A stretch of 64,000 bases of DNA from a bacterium (GTDB taxonomy: Bacteria > Zixibacteria > MSB-5A5 > GN15 > FEB-12): the NCBI GenBank assembly GCA_043811375.1, contig JBDRNJ010000072.1, forward strand, positions 1 through 64,000, written 5' to 3'. The notes under the pieces are model-generated. The model ran no database searches, was not told the DNA's origin, and saw only the letters and a program-made list of their open reading frames with translations. Positions 46,573-56,372 of the stretch are shown here, in pieces (within the stretch, counting starts at the first letter, position 1; each line of letters starts with the position of its first letter). Made by a program: the position numbers and the translations under genes.

Positions 46573-46902
46573 TCAGACCTTGACATCCACGATGCGACCT
46601 ACCAGGGTCGTTTCCCCGGCGGTATCGGCCTGTTTCATATAGCCGGGTCCAAAGCGGGCCGGGTCATTGAAGCGTCGAAATAAAAGATCCAGAGCTTGAC
46701 GCTCCTCCGTTGTCAGCAGATCAGCGTAATCGCCGCTGGGCGGCTTCACGGCCAGACGGGAGGTTGATTCCGCCGACTGCGGTGCGATAGTGATTTTCTC
46801 ATCAGCCATGGACGGACCGGCTGAGCCGATTGCCGTCTCGGCAGGTCTGTCCCGTCGTTCCAGTTGCTGGTACGACTGAATAGCTACGGGATTGATCTTC
46901 AT
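46573..46902 (-). CDS. Hypothetical protein inserted between flgC and fliE
   Basis: AAGGA RBS, tight spacing to both neighbours, C-terminal GRIVDVKV. Confidence 0.7.
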   Translation of the reverse strand: MKINPVAIQSYQQLERRDRPAETAIGSAGPSMADEKITIAPQSAESTSRLAVKPPSGDYADLLTTEERQALDLLFRRFNDPARFGPGYMKQADTAGETTLVGRIVDVKV

Positions 46903-46921
46903 CCGTTAGTCCTTACCTTTG

Positions 46922-47416
46922 TTATATTTCCAATGCATCTTTGGCCATTTTCTTGGCGGCTGAGATCGCCACCGTGTTGGCTTCATAAGCTCTTGAGGCC
47001 GCCATCATGTCGACCATCTCCGTGACTACCTCAACGTCCGGCATCTTCACGTAACCTTCCCCATCCGCCTGAGGATGTGATGGATCGTAAATCAGCCGGA
47101 AACTCGATTCCGGATCGACGATCTCCCGTCCGGTCACAGTCGAGAGGTCAACGCTCTCACTACTACGGTGTACGGTTCCGGAGAGGTGCCGGCGGCTGGT
47201 GCGCGACAGTCGCGTCCCGGCCTGCTTCACCAGGGAATTGAAGGTTCCTTTCAGCTTGTTTTCGCCGGCCAGCACTCGCTTGCGTCGGTAGGGTCCACCC
47301 TCTTTGGTTTCCGTGGTTTCCGCGTTAGCGATGTTTTGAGCTACGGTGTTCAACCGTTTTCGCTGTAACGACAGTCCTTGTGAAGAAATCTCCATTGCGC
47401 TCAATATTCCCGCCAT
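46922..47416 (-). CDS. flgC: Rod protein FlgC
   Basis: AQNIANAETT...GGPYRRK; YDPSHPQAD..GYV.MP; EMVDMMAASRAYEAN. Confidence 0.96.
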   Translation of the reverse strand: MAGILSAMEISSQGLSLQRKRLNTVAQNIANAETTETKEGGPYRRKRVLAGENKLKGTFNSLVKQAGTRLSRTSRRHLSGTVHRSSESVDLSTVTGREIVDPESSFRLIYDPSHPQADGEGYVKMPDVEVVTEMVDMMAASRAYEANTVAISAAKKMAKDALEI

Positions 47417-47426
47417 AGTTCAACCT

Positions 47427-47843
47427 CTATCTGCTGGTTATCGCTTTTCTGAGCCCGTCCAGTTTTCTTTGCAGTAAAAGGGCTCCGGCCGAGAACAATA
47501 ACTCGTTTTGGGAAAGCGTGGAAACTTCGCGGTCAATATCGACCGAATTCATCTCTCCCTCGGCGACCCCGGTTCGATGCACCCGGGGCGGTTTAAGCTG
47601 ATGCTGACCGGTAGGAAGGTGGTCAGGATGAGACACTGATCCCACCAGGCGACTGGACTGACCGGTCATTTTCTCAAATTCAGCCTTGAAATCAATGTCC
47701 TGGCGGCGGTAACCGGGGGTGGAGGCATTGGCGATATTGCCGCTGACCAGTTTATGGCGAAATGCGGCCAGGTCAAGATACTTGCCGAAATTCGGCACGC
47801 CGATCCGTTGAAACACAAATTCCGTCAGTTTATTGCTCATCAA
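47427..47843 (-). CDS. flgB: Rod protein FlgB
   Basis: NIANASTPGYRRQDIDF; NSVDIDRE. Confidence 0.94.
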   Translation of the reverse strand: MMSNKLTEFVFQRIGVPNFGKYLDLAAFRHKLVSGNIANASTPGYRRQDIDFKAEFEKMTGQSSRLVGSVSHPDHLPTGQHQLKPPRVHRTGVAEGEMNSVDIDREVSTLSQNELLFSAGALLLQRKLDGLRKAITSR

Positions 47844-47877
47844 ACATACTCACCGATAGTTCTCCGCTGCATTGTTA

Positions 47878-47893
47878 AGCAAGTGTGATGCCA
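47878..47893 (-). promoter_or_regulatory. Sigma54 promoter of the flgB operon
   Basis: Minus strand TGGCATCACACTTGCT, near consensus. Confidence 0.85.
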
Positions 47894-48012
47894 TAGCGGA
47901 ACTATGACCGGGCAGTCATTGTGAGACAGGAGTTTACGCGGTCAAAGAGAGTTGGGCCGGTAAATGCGAATCCGATACGGGGGAAAGGTTTTCCAACCGG
48001 TGCCGGAACGAA

Positions 48013-48756
48013 TTACTCGTTGTTCGCCAGATCGTACAGTTGCGATGACGGTTCTTTCAGGGACAGTTCCCTGGTCAACACCACCAAGTCGACGCGCCGG
48101 TTTTGAGCCCGGTTTTCGATGGAATTGTTGGGACGGATGGGACGGAATTTGCCGTAGCCGAGTGCTGAGATGCGACCGGGCGACAACTCGTGATAGCTGA
48201 TGAAGTAGCGCACCACTTCCGTAGCCCGGGCGGAGGAAAGCTCCCAGTTGGAGGGATACTGAGTAGTACTGATGGGGCGGTCGTCAGTATGTCCTTCCAC
48301 TCTGATATGGTTGGGCATCGACTTGACTCTCTCGTATATAAGGTCCAGTATCTCTATCGACTGCGGTTGCAGTTTGGCGGAACCTTCATTGAAGAGCGCC
48401 TTCTCCAGAATATGCACCACCAATCCGCGTTCGGTTACTTCGGTACGGACATCTTCCTGGCGGTTGAGTTGTTTGAATCTCTCATCTATCTGGGATTGAA
48501 GCATTCGCAGATTGCCCAGCCTGAGCAGCCCGTGACCGTTTTCAGATTGTTCCTCTTCGAACGGCAGGACGCTTTCTCCCCCTTTGAGAATACCGTGCAG
48601 CGCCTCGGCTACCTTACCGAATTTCTTGGCATCGATCTGTGACATGGAGTACATGACCACGAAAAATGCCAGCAAGAGCGTGATCAGGTCAGCATAGGTC
48701 AGCAGCCAGCGCCCCTCATCTTCATTGGCATCGTCGCGAAGGCGTTTGCGGCGCAT
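48013..48756 (-). CDS. motB: Stator protein MotB
   Basis: WLLTYADLITLLLAFFVVMYS; OmpA-like EGHTD, NWELSSARA, NRRVD. Confidence 0.96.
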   Translation of the reverse strand: MRRKRLRDDANEDEGRWLLTYADLITLLLAFFVVMYSMSQIDAKKFGKVAEALHGILKGGESVLPFEEEQSENGHGLLRLGNLRMLQSQIDERFKQLNRQEDVRTEVTERGLVVHILEKALFNEGSAKLQPQSIEILDLIYERVKSMPNHIRVEGHTDDRPISTTQYPSNWELSSARATEVVRYFISYHELSPGRISALGYGKFRPIRPNNSIENRAQNRRVDLVVLTRELSLKEPSSQLYDLANNE

Positions 48757-48760
48757 CTAT

Positions 48761-49525
48761 TTAGCCCTCGTAACGGCGGTGGCTGGGAGCAATAAATGCC
48801 AACATGCGAGTGCGAACATAACGCGGATTCTCTCCCGATTGCATGGCTGTGATACCTTCCAGAACCAGTTCCAGGTGGGCAATCTCTTCATCGTGTCGCA
48901 TTTTCAACTTGTCCGACACCGGTAGAAAAAAGAGATTGGCAAGCCCAACCCCCCACAAGGTGGCAATAAAGGCACTGGCAATACGGGTGGCCATGGCAGA
49001 AGCATCGCTAACGTTTCCAAAGGCATGAATCAAGGCCAGCACGGTGCCGAGGATACCCATCGTAGGCGCAAAGCCACCGGCTTTCCTGAAGAAGATTATC
49101 CCTCGATTGTGACGCTCTTCGATATATGCAATTTCAGTCTCGAGGATATCACGCAATGCGGCTATTTCGGTACCGTCAATTACCAATTGAATGGCTTTCT
49201 TGAAAAACGGGTCGGTAATCTGCTTGAGGTCCTCTTCAAGTCCGAGAATGCCCTGGCGGCGCGCTTTCTCGGCCAGCCTGACGATGACATCGATGGATTC
49301 GTTATAGGGACGTGACTTGCCGAATGCGGCCACCTTCAGGTAATGAGGAATCTGCACCACGGTCTGAATCGACGTTGTGACCGTGGTGGCACCCAGCGTG
49401 CCGCCTATCACGATTAGAACGGGGGCGGTAAGAAACAGTGCTTCGAGCTGCCCACCCTCGAGAATGAAGGCACCTCCGACAGCACTAAAAGCCACTATGA
49501 GTCCGATAAACGTTGCTAAATCCAC
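48761..49525 (-). CDS. motA: Stator protein MotA
   Basis: IVIGGT, ARRQGILGLE, APTMGILGTV, AFIATLWGV..AN, GENP. Confidence 0.96.
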   Translation of the reverse strand: MDLATFIGLIVAFSAVGGAFILEGGQLEALFLTAPVLIVIGGTLGATTVTTSIQTVVQIPHYLKVAAFGKSRPYNESIDVIVRLAEKARRQGILGLEEDLKQITDPFFKKAIQLVIDGTEIAALRDILETEIAYIEERHNRGIIFFRKAGGFAPTMGILGTVLALIHAFGNVSDASAMATRIASAFIATLWGVGLANLFFLPVSDKLKMRHDEEIAHLELVLEGITAMQSGENPRYVRTRMLAFIAPSHRRYEG

Positions 49526-49592
49526 CGCGCTGAATATCCTGTGCCGCTATAGAATTATCATCCCGGAGCCTGAATAAAGCCTCTCCCTTTTG

Positions 49593-49619
49593 TTATCGGC
49601 AAGCCTGTTCAAATATCAA
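49593..49619 (-). promoter_or_regulatory. Sigma28 promoter of motAB
   Basis: Minus strand TTGA-N15-GCCGATAA. Confidence 0.65.
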
Positions 49620-49671
49620 GCAATCTGAGACGCTGCCGGCAGTGAGGAAACTCTAATTTGACGGGCCGGAG

Positions 49672-51021
49672 CTAACCCTGGTTAAGCTGGTACTCGGCGA
49701 GCTTGTTTCTTATCGTCCGCGCAGTAACACCAAGAGCCTCGGCGGCCTTGGTTTTGTTGCCGTTGAACTTCTCGAGAGTCTTCAGAATAAGGTATCTATT
49801 GCCGTCTTCCAGTTTCATGGGCACCTTCAGCGGCGGCAGGTCGTCGGCTATGGGACCCAGAGCCAGGTCGGTGGGGAAATCATCCTCAGTCAGTTGCTGG
49901 TCTCCACTGGTAACTACCGCTCGTTCGACCAGGTTCTCAAGCTCCCGGACATTACCGGGCCAGTGGTATTTCATCAGGAGTCGCATGGCGGTCTGGTCAA
50001 TCCCGCTGATATTTTTATCATTCTCCCGGTTGTACTTATCAATGAAATGCTGAACCAACAGCGGGATGTCTTCCTTACGCTCTTCCAGGGTCGTCAGATG
50101 GATGGGAATTACGTTCAACCGGTAGAACAGGTCCTCACGGAAACGGCCCTTGCTGATCGCTTCCTTGAGATTGCGATTGGAGGTGGCTATCAGACGGATA
50201 TCCACCTTGATTGTCGCACTGGAACCGATCCGCTCAAACTCTCTTTCCTGTATTACGCGCAGCAGCTTGGATTGCAGATTCAGCGGCATCTCGGAGATTT
50301 CATCCAGCAGCAAGGTGCCGCCATCGGCCAATTCGAAACGCCCCCGGTTGGTTTTCTTGGCGTCGGTAAAAGCGCCTTTTTCGTATCCGAACAACTCCGC
50401 CTCGACCAGATTCTCAGGGAGGGCCGCACAATTGAGCTTGATAAACGGTCCTCCCTGACGATTGGAGGTGTAATGGATGGCACGCGCCACCAGTTCCTTA
50501 CCGGTACCCGAAGTGCCGGTAATCATTATCGTAGAGCGGGCGTCGGCAACCGACCGGATGAGATCAAAGACGGCTTTCATCACCTGGGATTTGCCGATCA
50601 GGTTCTGGAAACTATGCCTGACATCCTGGCGCAGCGTCTCGTTTTCAGCCCGCAGGCGCAGTATTTCGCTGACTCGTGTCAGAACGTGCTCCACGGTTTC
50701 CGGCATGATCGGCTTGAGCAGAAAATCGTAGGCTCCCATTTTGATGGCTCTGACCGCCGTCTCGACAGTTCCATAAGCCGTAATCACGATCACTTGGGTC
50801 TGGGGGCTGTTCTCTCTGATGCTCTTAAGCAACTGCAGACCGGTCATTTCCTGCATCTTAAGGTCAGTCAGGACAATGTCGAACTGCTGTTGTTTGAATT
50901 TGTCCATAGCCTCTTCGCCTGAATAGGCAGCACTGCATTCATAGCCGGCACGAGTAATCGTCTCCACCAGCACTTCACTCACCAGAGTATCATCATCTAC
51001 CACTAAAACAGCATATCTCAT
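49672..51021 (-). CDS. Sigma54-dependent response regulator (FlrC/FleR/FlgR-like)
   Basis: REC domain, GTSGTGKE, ELFGYEKGAFTDA, LLLDEI, FREDLFYRLNV, WPGNVRELEN, Fis-type HTH. Confidence 0.93.
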   Translation of the reverse strand: MRYAVLVVDDDTLVSEVLVETITRAGYECSAAYSGEEAMDKFKQQQFDIVLTDLKMQEMTGLQLLKSIRENSPQTQVIVITAYGTVETAVRAIKMGAYDFLLKPIMPETVEHVLTRVSEILRLRAENETLRQDVRHSFQNLIGKSQVMKAVFDLIRSVADARSTIMITGTSGTGKELVARAIHYTSNRQGGPFIKLNCAALPENLVEAELFGYEKGAFTDAKKTNRGRFELADGGTLLLDEISEMPLNLQSKLLRVIQEREFERIGSSATIKVDIRLIATSNRNLKEAISKGRFREDLFYRLNVIPIHLTTLEERKEDIPLLVQHFIDKYNRENDKNISGIDQTAMRLLMKYHWPGNVRELENLVERAVVTSGDQQLTEDDFPTDLALGPIADDLPPLKVPMKLEDGNRYLILKTLEKFNGNKTKAAEALGVTARTIRNKLAEYQLNQG

Positions 51022-52358
51022 GTTGCTTGCTCCCTGATCGCATGGTCAATTCGGGCCGGTAAGAGCAGGTGTATGACGGCTCCGCCGGCAGGACCGTTAT
51101 CAGCAGTGATGTCTCCCCCATGGGCTTTCATTATCTTCCAGGCCACCGCCAATCCCAGGCCGTTGCCCTCTTTGCTCATAGTAAAAAACGGTGCAAAGAT
51201 ACGGTCGAGATGTTCCGGGCTGATACCGGGACCATTATCGGTAATAGTTGTCTCGACAACGGTTTCATCCAGTCCCAGAAGGATTTGATCACTATAGTGG
51301 GACGCGGCCGTCTCCCGTGACAGACAGCGATAGCGGACCTCTATGACACCACCCTCGCCACCGGCATCGACGGCGTTCAGCAAGACATTAAACAGCACCT
51401 GGCGAATGAGCAGGCGGTCCAGTTGAAGATTGAATCCGATCGGCACCGCCTCGGGGTTACCGTACAACCGGATGGTCGTGTCCTTGATCCGGTCAGAAAA
51501 CTCCCGTCGAAATTGCTCGAGAGTCGCCCGCAGGAACTCATCGTAGACCACCTGGGTTCGGTTGACTTCCTCCAGGCGCGTATAATTGAGCAGCGTGGTG
51601 ACGGTTTCGTTGAGGTTGTTGACTCCCTCTATAATCCTGCCGGCCAGTTTCTTTCTGGGATCGGTCGGGGCCAGCTCTTTTTCCAGCAGAGAGGCAAAAC
51701 CGACAATTCCCGACAGGGGATTACGAACTTCATGGGCGATAGTCGCCGCCATCTCGCCCAGCGCGGCCAGCGTGTTCAGCCGGGCGACTTCCTGCTCCAG
51801 CTTCTTGATTTTTGTAAGATCCTGAAACACTTCCACGGCACCGATCGATCGACCCAGGTCATCGGACAGCACCGCGGTTGAAACCGACAGATACAGCCTG
51901 GTGCCGTCGGCCAACTTGATTGCTTTTTCGATGGAGGCAACTTCCCGACCACTTTCGGCGGCCCGCATAGCGTTGGCATCGGCGGGAGTACCCGGCGTGA
52001 CGACATTACGATAGCGCTGTCCGAGAGCATCGTCGGTGGAAATACTCAGAATCAGGGAAGCGGCCGGGTTAAAATGAGTAATGCGGCCATTCTGGTCAAC
52101 GGCAATAACACCAGCCGAAATGGAGTTGAGAATTCCGTTGAGAAATCCGGTGGCGGCCAGGTTGCGCCGGGTAAGTTTGACCAATTGGCTATTGGCCTCA
52201 GCCAGTTTCTCATTCTGCCGGGAGGATTCCTCCTGCAACTCGAGATAGCGCCGCTGCAGTGAATTGATGACGCGATCAAAAGAGGCGTAGGACTCGGTGA
52301 ACCTGGTTACCGCATCCTTGTTAATTTCTTCGTCGAATACTGCCCGATCATCATCCAT
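51018..52358 (-). CDS. Cytoplasmic PAS histidine kinase (FlrB/FleS/FlgS-like)
   Basis: No TM segment; coiled coil, PAS, H-box IAHEVRNPL, N, G1 and G2 boxes; overlaps the regulator start. Confidence 0.92.
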   Translation of the reverse strand: MDDDRAVFDEEINKDAVTRFTESYASFDRVINSLQRRYLELQEESSRQNEKLAEANSQLVKLTRRNLAATGFLNGILNSISAGVIAVDQNGRITHFNPAASLILSISTDDALGQRYRNVVTPGTPADANAMRAAESGREVASIEKAIKLADGTRLYLSVSTAVLSDDLGRSIGAVEVFQDLTKIKKLEQEVARLNTLAALGEMAATIAHEVRNPLSGIVGFASLLEKELAPTDPRKKLAGRIIEGVNNLNETVTTLLNYTRLEEVNRTQVVYDEFLRATLEQFRREFSDRIKDTTIRLYGNPEAVPIGFNLQLDRLLIRQVLFNVLLNAVDAGGEGGVIEVRYRCLSRETAASHYSDQILLGLDETVVETTITDNGPGISPEHLDRIFAPFFTMSKEGNGLGLAVAWKIMKAHGGDITADNGPAGGAVIHLLLPARIDHAIREQAT

Positions 52359-52426
52359 GACACATCTTTACCATCCTGATCGGGAATTTCAGTACTGATC
52401 AGATGTGATTCAACAAAAACTTTAGC

Positions 52427-53551
52427 TCAGAAGTAACTTACGACCTCGCCGGCGATGTTATCCAGCGAGGCAACATGGTCAGCCAGATTGGCTTCAATGA
52501 CTGCCCGGGGCATACCGTAGACAATGCAGGTCTGCTCATTCTGGGCAATAACCACCCCCCCTTTGTCCTTGAGCTTCTTCAGACCGACCACCCCGTTGCT
52601 GCCCATACCGGTCAGGATGACACCCATACCGGTAGCTCCACAGACGTCGGCGACAGAGTCCATCAGGATGTCCACACAGGGATGGTACAGCGTTTCCGCC
52701 GGACAGGGCGACACCTCGACATAAACCCTGGTGCCTCTCTTTTTGACAGTCATGTGTTTGCCGCCGGGGGCAATCAGCACGGTACCGGCCTCGGCCGGTT
52801 CACCGTGGGTTGCTTCCCTAACATTCAATAGCGACATACCGTCCAGACGCTCGGCCAGTGACTTGGTAAAGGCCGGCGGCATGTGCTGGGCAATCACGAC
52901 CGGAACCGGCAGGTTTCGAGGCAACCGTGGAATGATCGCCTGCAGGGCGGGGGGGCCCCCGGTTGACGAGCCAATGCCGATCATTCTGACCAGATGGCTT
53001 TTCCTGCGCCTGGCCACCGCCGGAGGTAGGCTGCCGGTCCTTTTGGCACCGGAGCTACCGGAGATCCTCCGAGTACCGGATGTTGCCGTTTGGGTAAACC
53101 GTCGCTGACTGAACCTCGCCATTAATATGTGACGGCGGTGGACTATATCCTTGATCTTGGCCACCAGTTCGTCCTTGATCTTGACAATGTCAAGACTCAC
53201 ATATGATAACTGCTTGGGGATGAAATCGACCGCCCCCATTTCCAGCGCCTCAAGCGTAGCCTGAGCACCGTCAGTTGTCAGAGAAGAAACCATCATTACC
53301 GGCACCGGGTCGGTTGTCATTATTTGTCGCAGTGCCGTCAGGCCGTCCATACGCGGCATCTCAATGTCCATGGTGACCAGGTCAGGCTTGAGCAGCCTGG
53401 CCTTCTCAACGCCTTCGGATCCGTCCCGGGCGGTGCCGATTACCTTGATTTCGGGATCGGACTCCAGCATCATGCTCAGGGCTTTGCGCATGAAAGCGGA
53501 ATCATCAACGACCAGAATGCCGATTTGCTTGGACGATGGTGATTCCACCAC
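52427..53551 (-). CDS. cheB: Chemotaxis methylesterase CheB (REC plus esterase domain)
   Basis: VVDDSAFMR, MDIEMP, IGSSTGGP, QHMP, APGG.H, LTGMGSNG, VYGMP. Confidence 0.95.
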   Translation of the reverse strand: MVESPSSKQIGILVVDDSAFMRKALSMMLESDPEIKVIGTARDGSEGVEKARLLKPDLVTMDIEMPRMDGLTALRQIMTTDPVPVMMVSSLTTDGAQATLEALEMGAVDFIPKQLSYVSLDIVKIKDELVAKIKDIVHRRHILMARFSQRRFTQTATSGTRRISGSSGAKRTGSLPPAVARRRKSHLVRMIGIGSSTGGPPALQAIIPRLPRNLPVPVVIAQHMPPAFTKSLAERLDGMSLLNVREATHGEPAEAGTVLIAPGGKHMTVKKRGTRVYVEVSPCPAETLYHPCVDILMDSVADVCGATGMGVILTGMGSNGVVGLKKLKDKGGVVIAQNEQTCIVYGMPRAVIEANLADHVASLDNIAGEVVSYF

Positions 53552-53565
53552 GATTTTATATCCTT

Positions 53566-55326
53566 TTAGCTGAGTTTTCGTGCAATGCTGAACAGGCCGA
53601 TCAGATCGACAATCAGACGGATGCGTCCATCCCCAAGGATGGTGCCCCCGGCGATGCCCTCGGTAGTTCCCAGGTAATTGCCGAGCGATTTGATGACCAC
53701 TTCTTCCTGTCCCAGAAAGCGGTCAACAACCAGGCCCAGTTTCTTTTCCGCCAATCCAACCACTACTATGTACGGTTTTTCAGTGAGAACAAATCCGGCC
53801 TGGCTGGTTTTCAGTACTTCCACCAGGTTGATGACGGGAATGATCTCATCGCGCAATCGCAGAACCGGTCGCTGGTTGATGTAGGAGACATCCGACTGCT
53901 GTGTCTTGACCGTTTCCAGCACCGAAGACAGCGGCAGGATAAAAACTTCGTCGTCACAATCAACCAGCAGACCCTGGATTATGGCCAGCGTAAGCGCGAG
54001 TTTGATGGTGACGGTAGTGCCGACATCTCTTTCCGACTCCAGTTCTATCAATCCGTTCAGCTTTTCGATATTGGAACGGACGACATCCATCCCGACTCCC
54101 CGCCCGGAGACGTCGGTAACCTTCTTAGCGGTGGAGAACCCGGCCCCGAAAATAAACCTGAAAACATCGCGGTCGGGCATTTTTTCGACATCCGCTTTGG
54201 TCGCCAATCCCCGCTCTACGGCCTTGGTGCGGATAGCCGCTACATCCAGACCCCGGCCATCGTCGGTGATCTTGATAACAATATTGGAACCTTCCTGGCT
54301 CGCGGCCAGATGGACAGTACCGGTCGGCGGCTTGCCCCTGGCTGTCCGTTCATCCGGCGTTTCCAGGCCGTGACCGCATGAGTTTCTGATAATATGTACC
54401 AGGGGATCGCCGATTTCCTCGATTATGGATTTGTCCAGTTCGGTGCTTTCGCCGGACAGTTTCAGTTGGATTTGTTTGCCGGAGTCTCGCGCCAGGTCGC
54501 GTACTAATCGTGGAAAACGACCGAACACTTTCCCGATCGGGAGCATACGCATTTTCATGACAGCCATTTGCAGCTCAGTGGTGATGAAATTTACGGCCGT
54601 GACCGATTGGTTTAGCTGATCCAGTTCGTGCTCACCTTCGTGTTCGGAGTTGAGCTTGTTGGCGCTCTGTACCAAGCTGTTGCGTCCAAGAACCAGTTCA
54701 CCCATCATGTTCATCAGCATATCCAGGCGGTCGACATCGACCCGGATCGTCTGTCCGGCGGCGGGACGTTTCGATGGCCCGGATAGTTGTGGTGCAACCG
54801 GTTTTTCTGCCGTTGTGCCGGTGGTTGTGACCGGTGCCGGGGGCGTTTCCGGAGGCGGGTTCTGCAACTCGTCCGGTTCATCCTCACCGGACGGCGCTTC
54901 TTTCGCCGCGGCACCCTCCTGGCTGGTTATGCTAGCCATCAAACGATTCAATATGCCGGTCAAATCAATTTCCTCACCGCTGCCAGAGCGCACGTGCTCC
55001 AGCAATTCCTTCAGCAAGTCCAGCGCTTCCAACAGGACATCCATGATATCCGGTGTTACGACCATCTCGGACTTGCGCAGCTTGTTGAGCACGTCCTCCA
55101 TCCTGTGCGACAGGGTGGTGACCTGCTCAAAGCCGAGGAAACTGGAGGTGCCCTTTATCGTGTGGGCGGCGCGAAATATCTCATTGAGCAGATCCGGATC
55201 GTCCGGTAACGATTCCAGTTTGACGAAGTTGGTATCAAGTGATGCAATCAGTTCGTCGGCTTCCACCAGGAAATCCTGGATGATTTCCTGCATCTCGTCC
55301 AGTTGCGTATCAACTTCGTTCGACAT
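53566..55326 (-). CDS. cheA: Chemotaxis histidine kinase CheA without a P2 domain
   Basis: Hpt FRAAHTIKG, TIRVDVDRLD, DDGRG, GFSTA...SGRGVGMDVV, C-terminal CheW-like P5 domain. Confidence 0.96.
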   Translation of the reverse strand: MSNEVDTQLDEMQEIIQDFLVEADELIASLDTNFVKLESLPDDPDLLNEIFRAAHTIKGTSSFLGFEQVTTLSHRMEDVLNKLRKSEMVVTPDIMDVLLEALDLLKELLEHVRSGSGEEIDLTGILNRLMASITSQEGAAAKEAPSGEDEPDELQNPPPETPPAPVTTTGTTAEKPVAPQLSGPSKRPAAGQTIRVDVDRLDMLMNMMGELVLGRNSLVQSANKLNSEHEGEHELDQLNQSVTAVNFITTELQMAVMKMRMLPIGKVFGRFPRLVRDLARDSGKQIQLKLSGESTELDKSIIEEIGDPLVHIIRNSCGHGLETPDERTARGKPPTGTVHLAASQEGSNIVIKITDDGRGLDVAAIRTKAVERGLATKADVEKMPDRDVFRFIFGAGFSTAKKVTDVSGRGVGMDVVRSNIEKLNGLIELESERDVGTTVTIKLALTLAIIQGLLVDCDDEVFILPLSSVLETVKTQQSDVSYINQRPVLRLRDEIIPVINLVEVLKTSQAGFVLTEKPYIVVVGLAEKKLGLVVDRFLGQEEVVIKSLGNYLGTTEGIAGGTILGDGRIRLIVDLIGLFSIARKLS

Positions 55327-55335
55327 ACCGCCCCG

Positions 55336-55941
55336 TTAACTTTTGCTCTTCCGGGAAACCAGGTCGTCGATTTCGGCTTGATCCGTTTTCTTGTTGAACA
55401 TGTCGGCGTTGGGGTCAAATGATCTTACTCGTCTGTTCTTCCGATCTCCGATCGATTCGGGGAAGTCCGTCTTCTGATCATGCAGGACAATCACAACCCG
55501 GCCCAGTTTATCCTGCACGTCCTCCAACAGTGATGTCGCGTGCGACATTTGCTGCGAAGTAATGTCCTGGAACTGCAGAGCATCCATGATGGTGTAAGCA
55601 TCGTTAACGGTCGTGGAAGCCTTCTGGGTCAGATCATCAACGATCGTACCCAAATCGGCAACACCCAGGTCGGCCGTGAGTTCCTTGATCCGATTCAATC
55701 CCTGGATCACTTCTTCCTCTCGCTGCGTTATCTGCTCAATCTTGTCGAGCATCTGGTGAGCGGCCACCTCGGTCTGTTCATTGATTTTGTCGAGTTGTTC
55801 GGTGGCCATGGGCACTTTTTTATTGGATTCGGCAAGCGGATTTTTCAACTCTCGGAACTTGTCTACGACGTCACGGATGGATTCAGCCAGTTCCTGAATC
55901 TCATTCTGGATTTTCGTTGGGAAATCATTTTTATCGGGCAT
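55336..55941 (-). CDS. cheZ: CheZ-like CheY phosphatase
   Basis: QL..INEQTE.AA, ALQFQDITSQQ (DxxxQ motif), C-terminal QAEIDDL helix. Confidence 0.82.
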   Translation of the reverse strand: MPDKNDFPTKIQNEIQELAESIRDVVDKFRELKNPLAESNKKVPMATEQLDKINEQTEVAAHQMLDKIEQITQREEEVIQGLNRIKELTADLGVADLGTIVDDLTQKASTTVNDAYTIMDALQFQDITSQQMSHATSLLEDVQDKLGRVVIVLHDQKTDFPESIGDRKNRRVRSFDPNADMFNKKTDQAEIDDLVSRKSKS

Positions 55942-55968
55942 AATCGCCTCCTATCGACCAGCTTCTCA

Positions 55969-56343
55969 TCAACCGGCCAGGACTTGTTCAATCTTCTGTA
56001 TTAGTGTGTCCGGGGTGAACGGTTTAACAATGTAGTTGTTAACCCCGGCCTTCAGCGCTTCCACGATGTCATCCTTTACGGAACGCGTCGTTACCATCAG
56101 GATGGGCATGTCTTTGTACTGGGCATCGGATCGTATCTTCGTCACGAAAGTCAGACCATCCATTTCCGGCATATTCCAGTCGGTGATAATGAAGTTAAAC
56201 TTTTCCACTTTCAGCTTAGCCAATGCGTCCTTGCCGTCGGTGGCTTCCATGACATCATTGAAGCCTGCTCTCTTGAGCGTGTTGACGATAATCCGCCGCA
56301 TTGTAGGACTATCATCAACCGCCAGAATCTTGAGATCAGCCAT
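55969..56343 (-). CDS. cheY: Chemotaxis response regulator CheY
   Basis: VDDSPTMRRI, TDWNMPEMDG, PILMVT, YIVKPFT. Confidence 0.93.
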   Translation of the reverse strand: MADLKILAVDDSPTMRRIIVNTLKRAGFNDVMEATDGKDALAKLKVEKFNFIITDWNMPEMDGLTFVTKIRSDAQYKDMPILMVTTRSVKDDIVEALKAGVNNYIVKPFTPDTLIQKIEQVLAG

Positions 56344-56372
56344 GCTGCCTCCATATATCCGCGAATTTCATT

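Noticed and set aside
49894..50922. 342 aa plus-strand ORF
   Set aside because: Antisense shadow of the sigma54 regulator, as expected from codon bias in GC-rich DNA.
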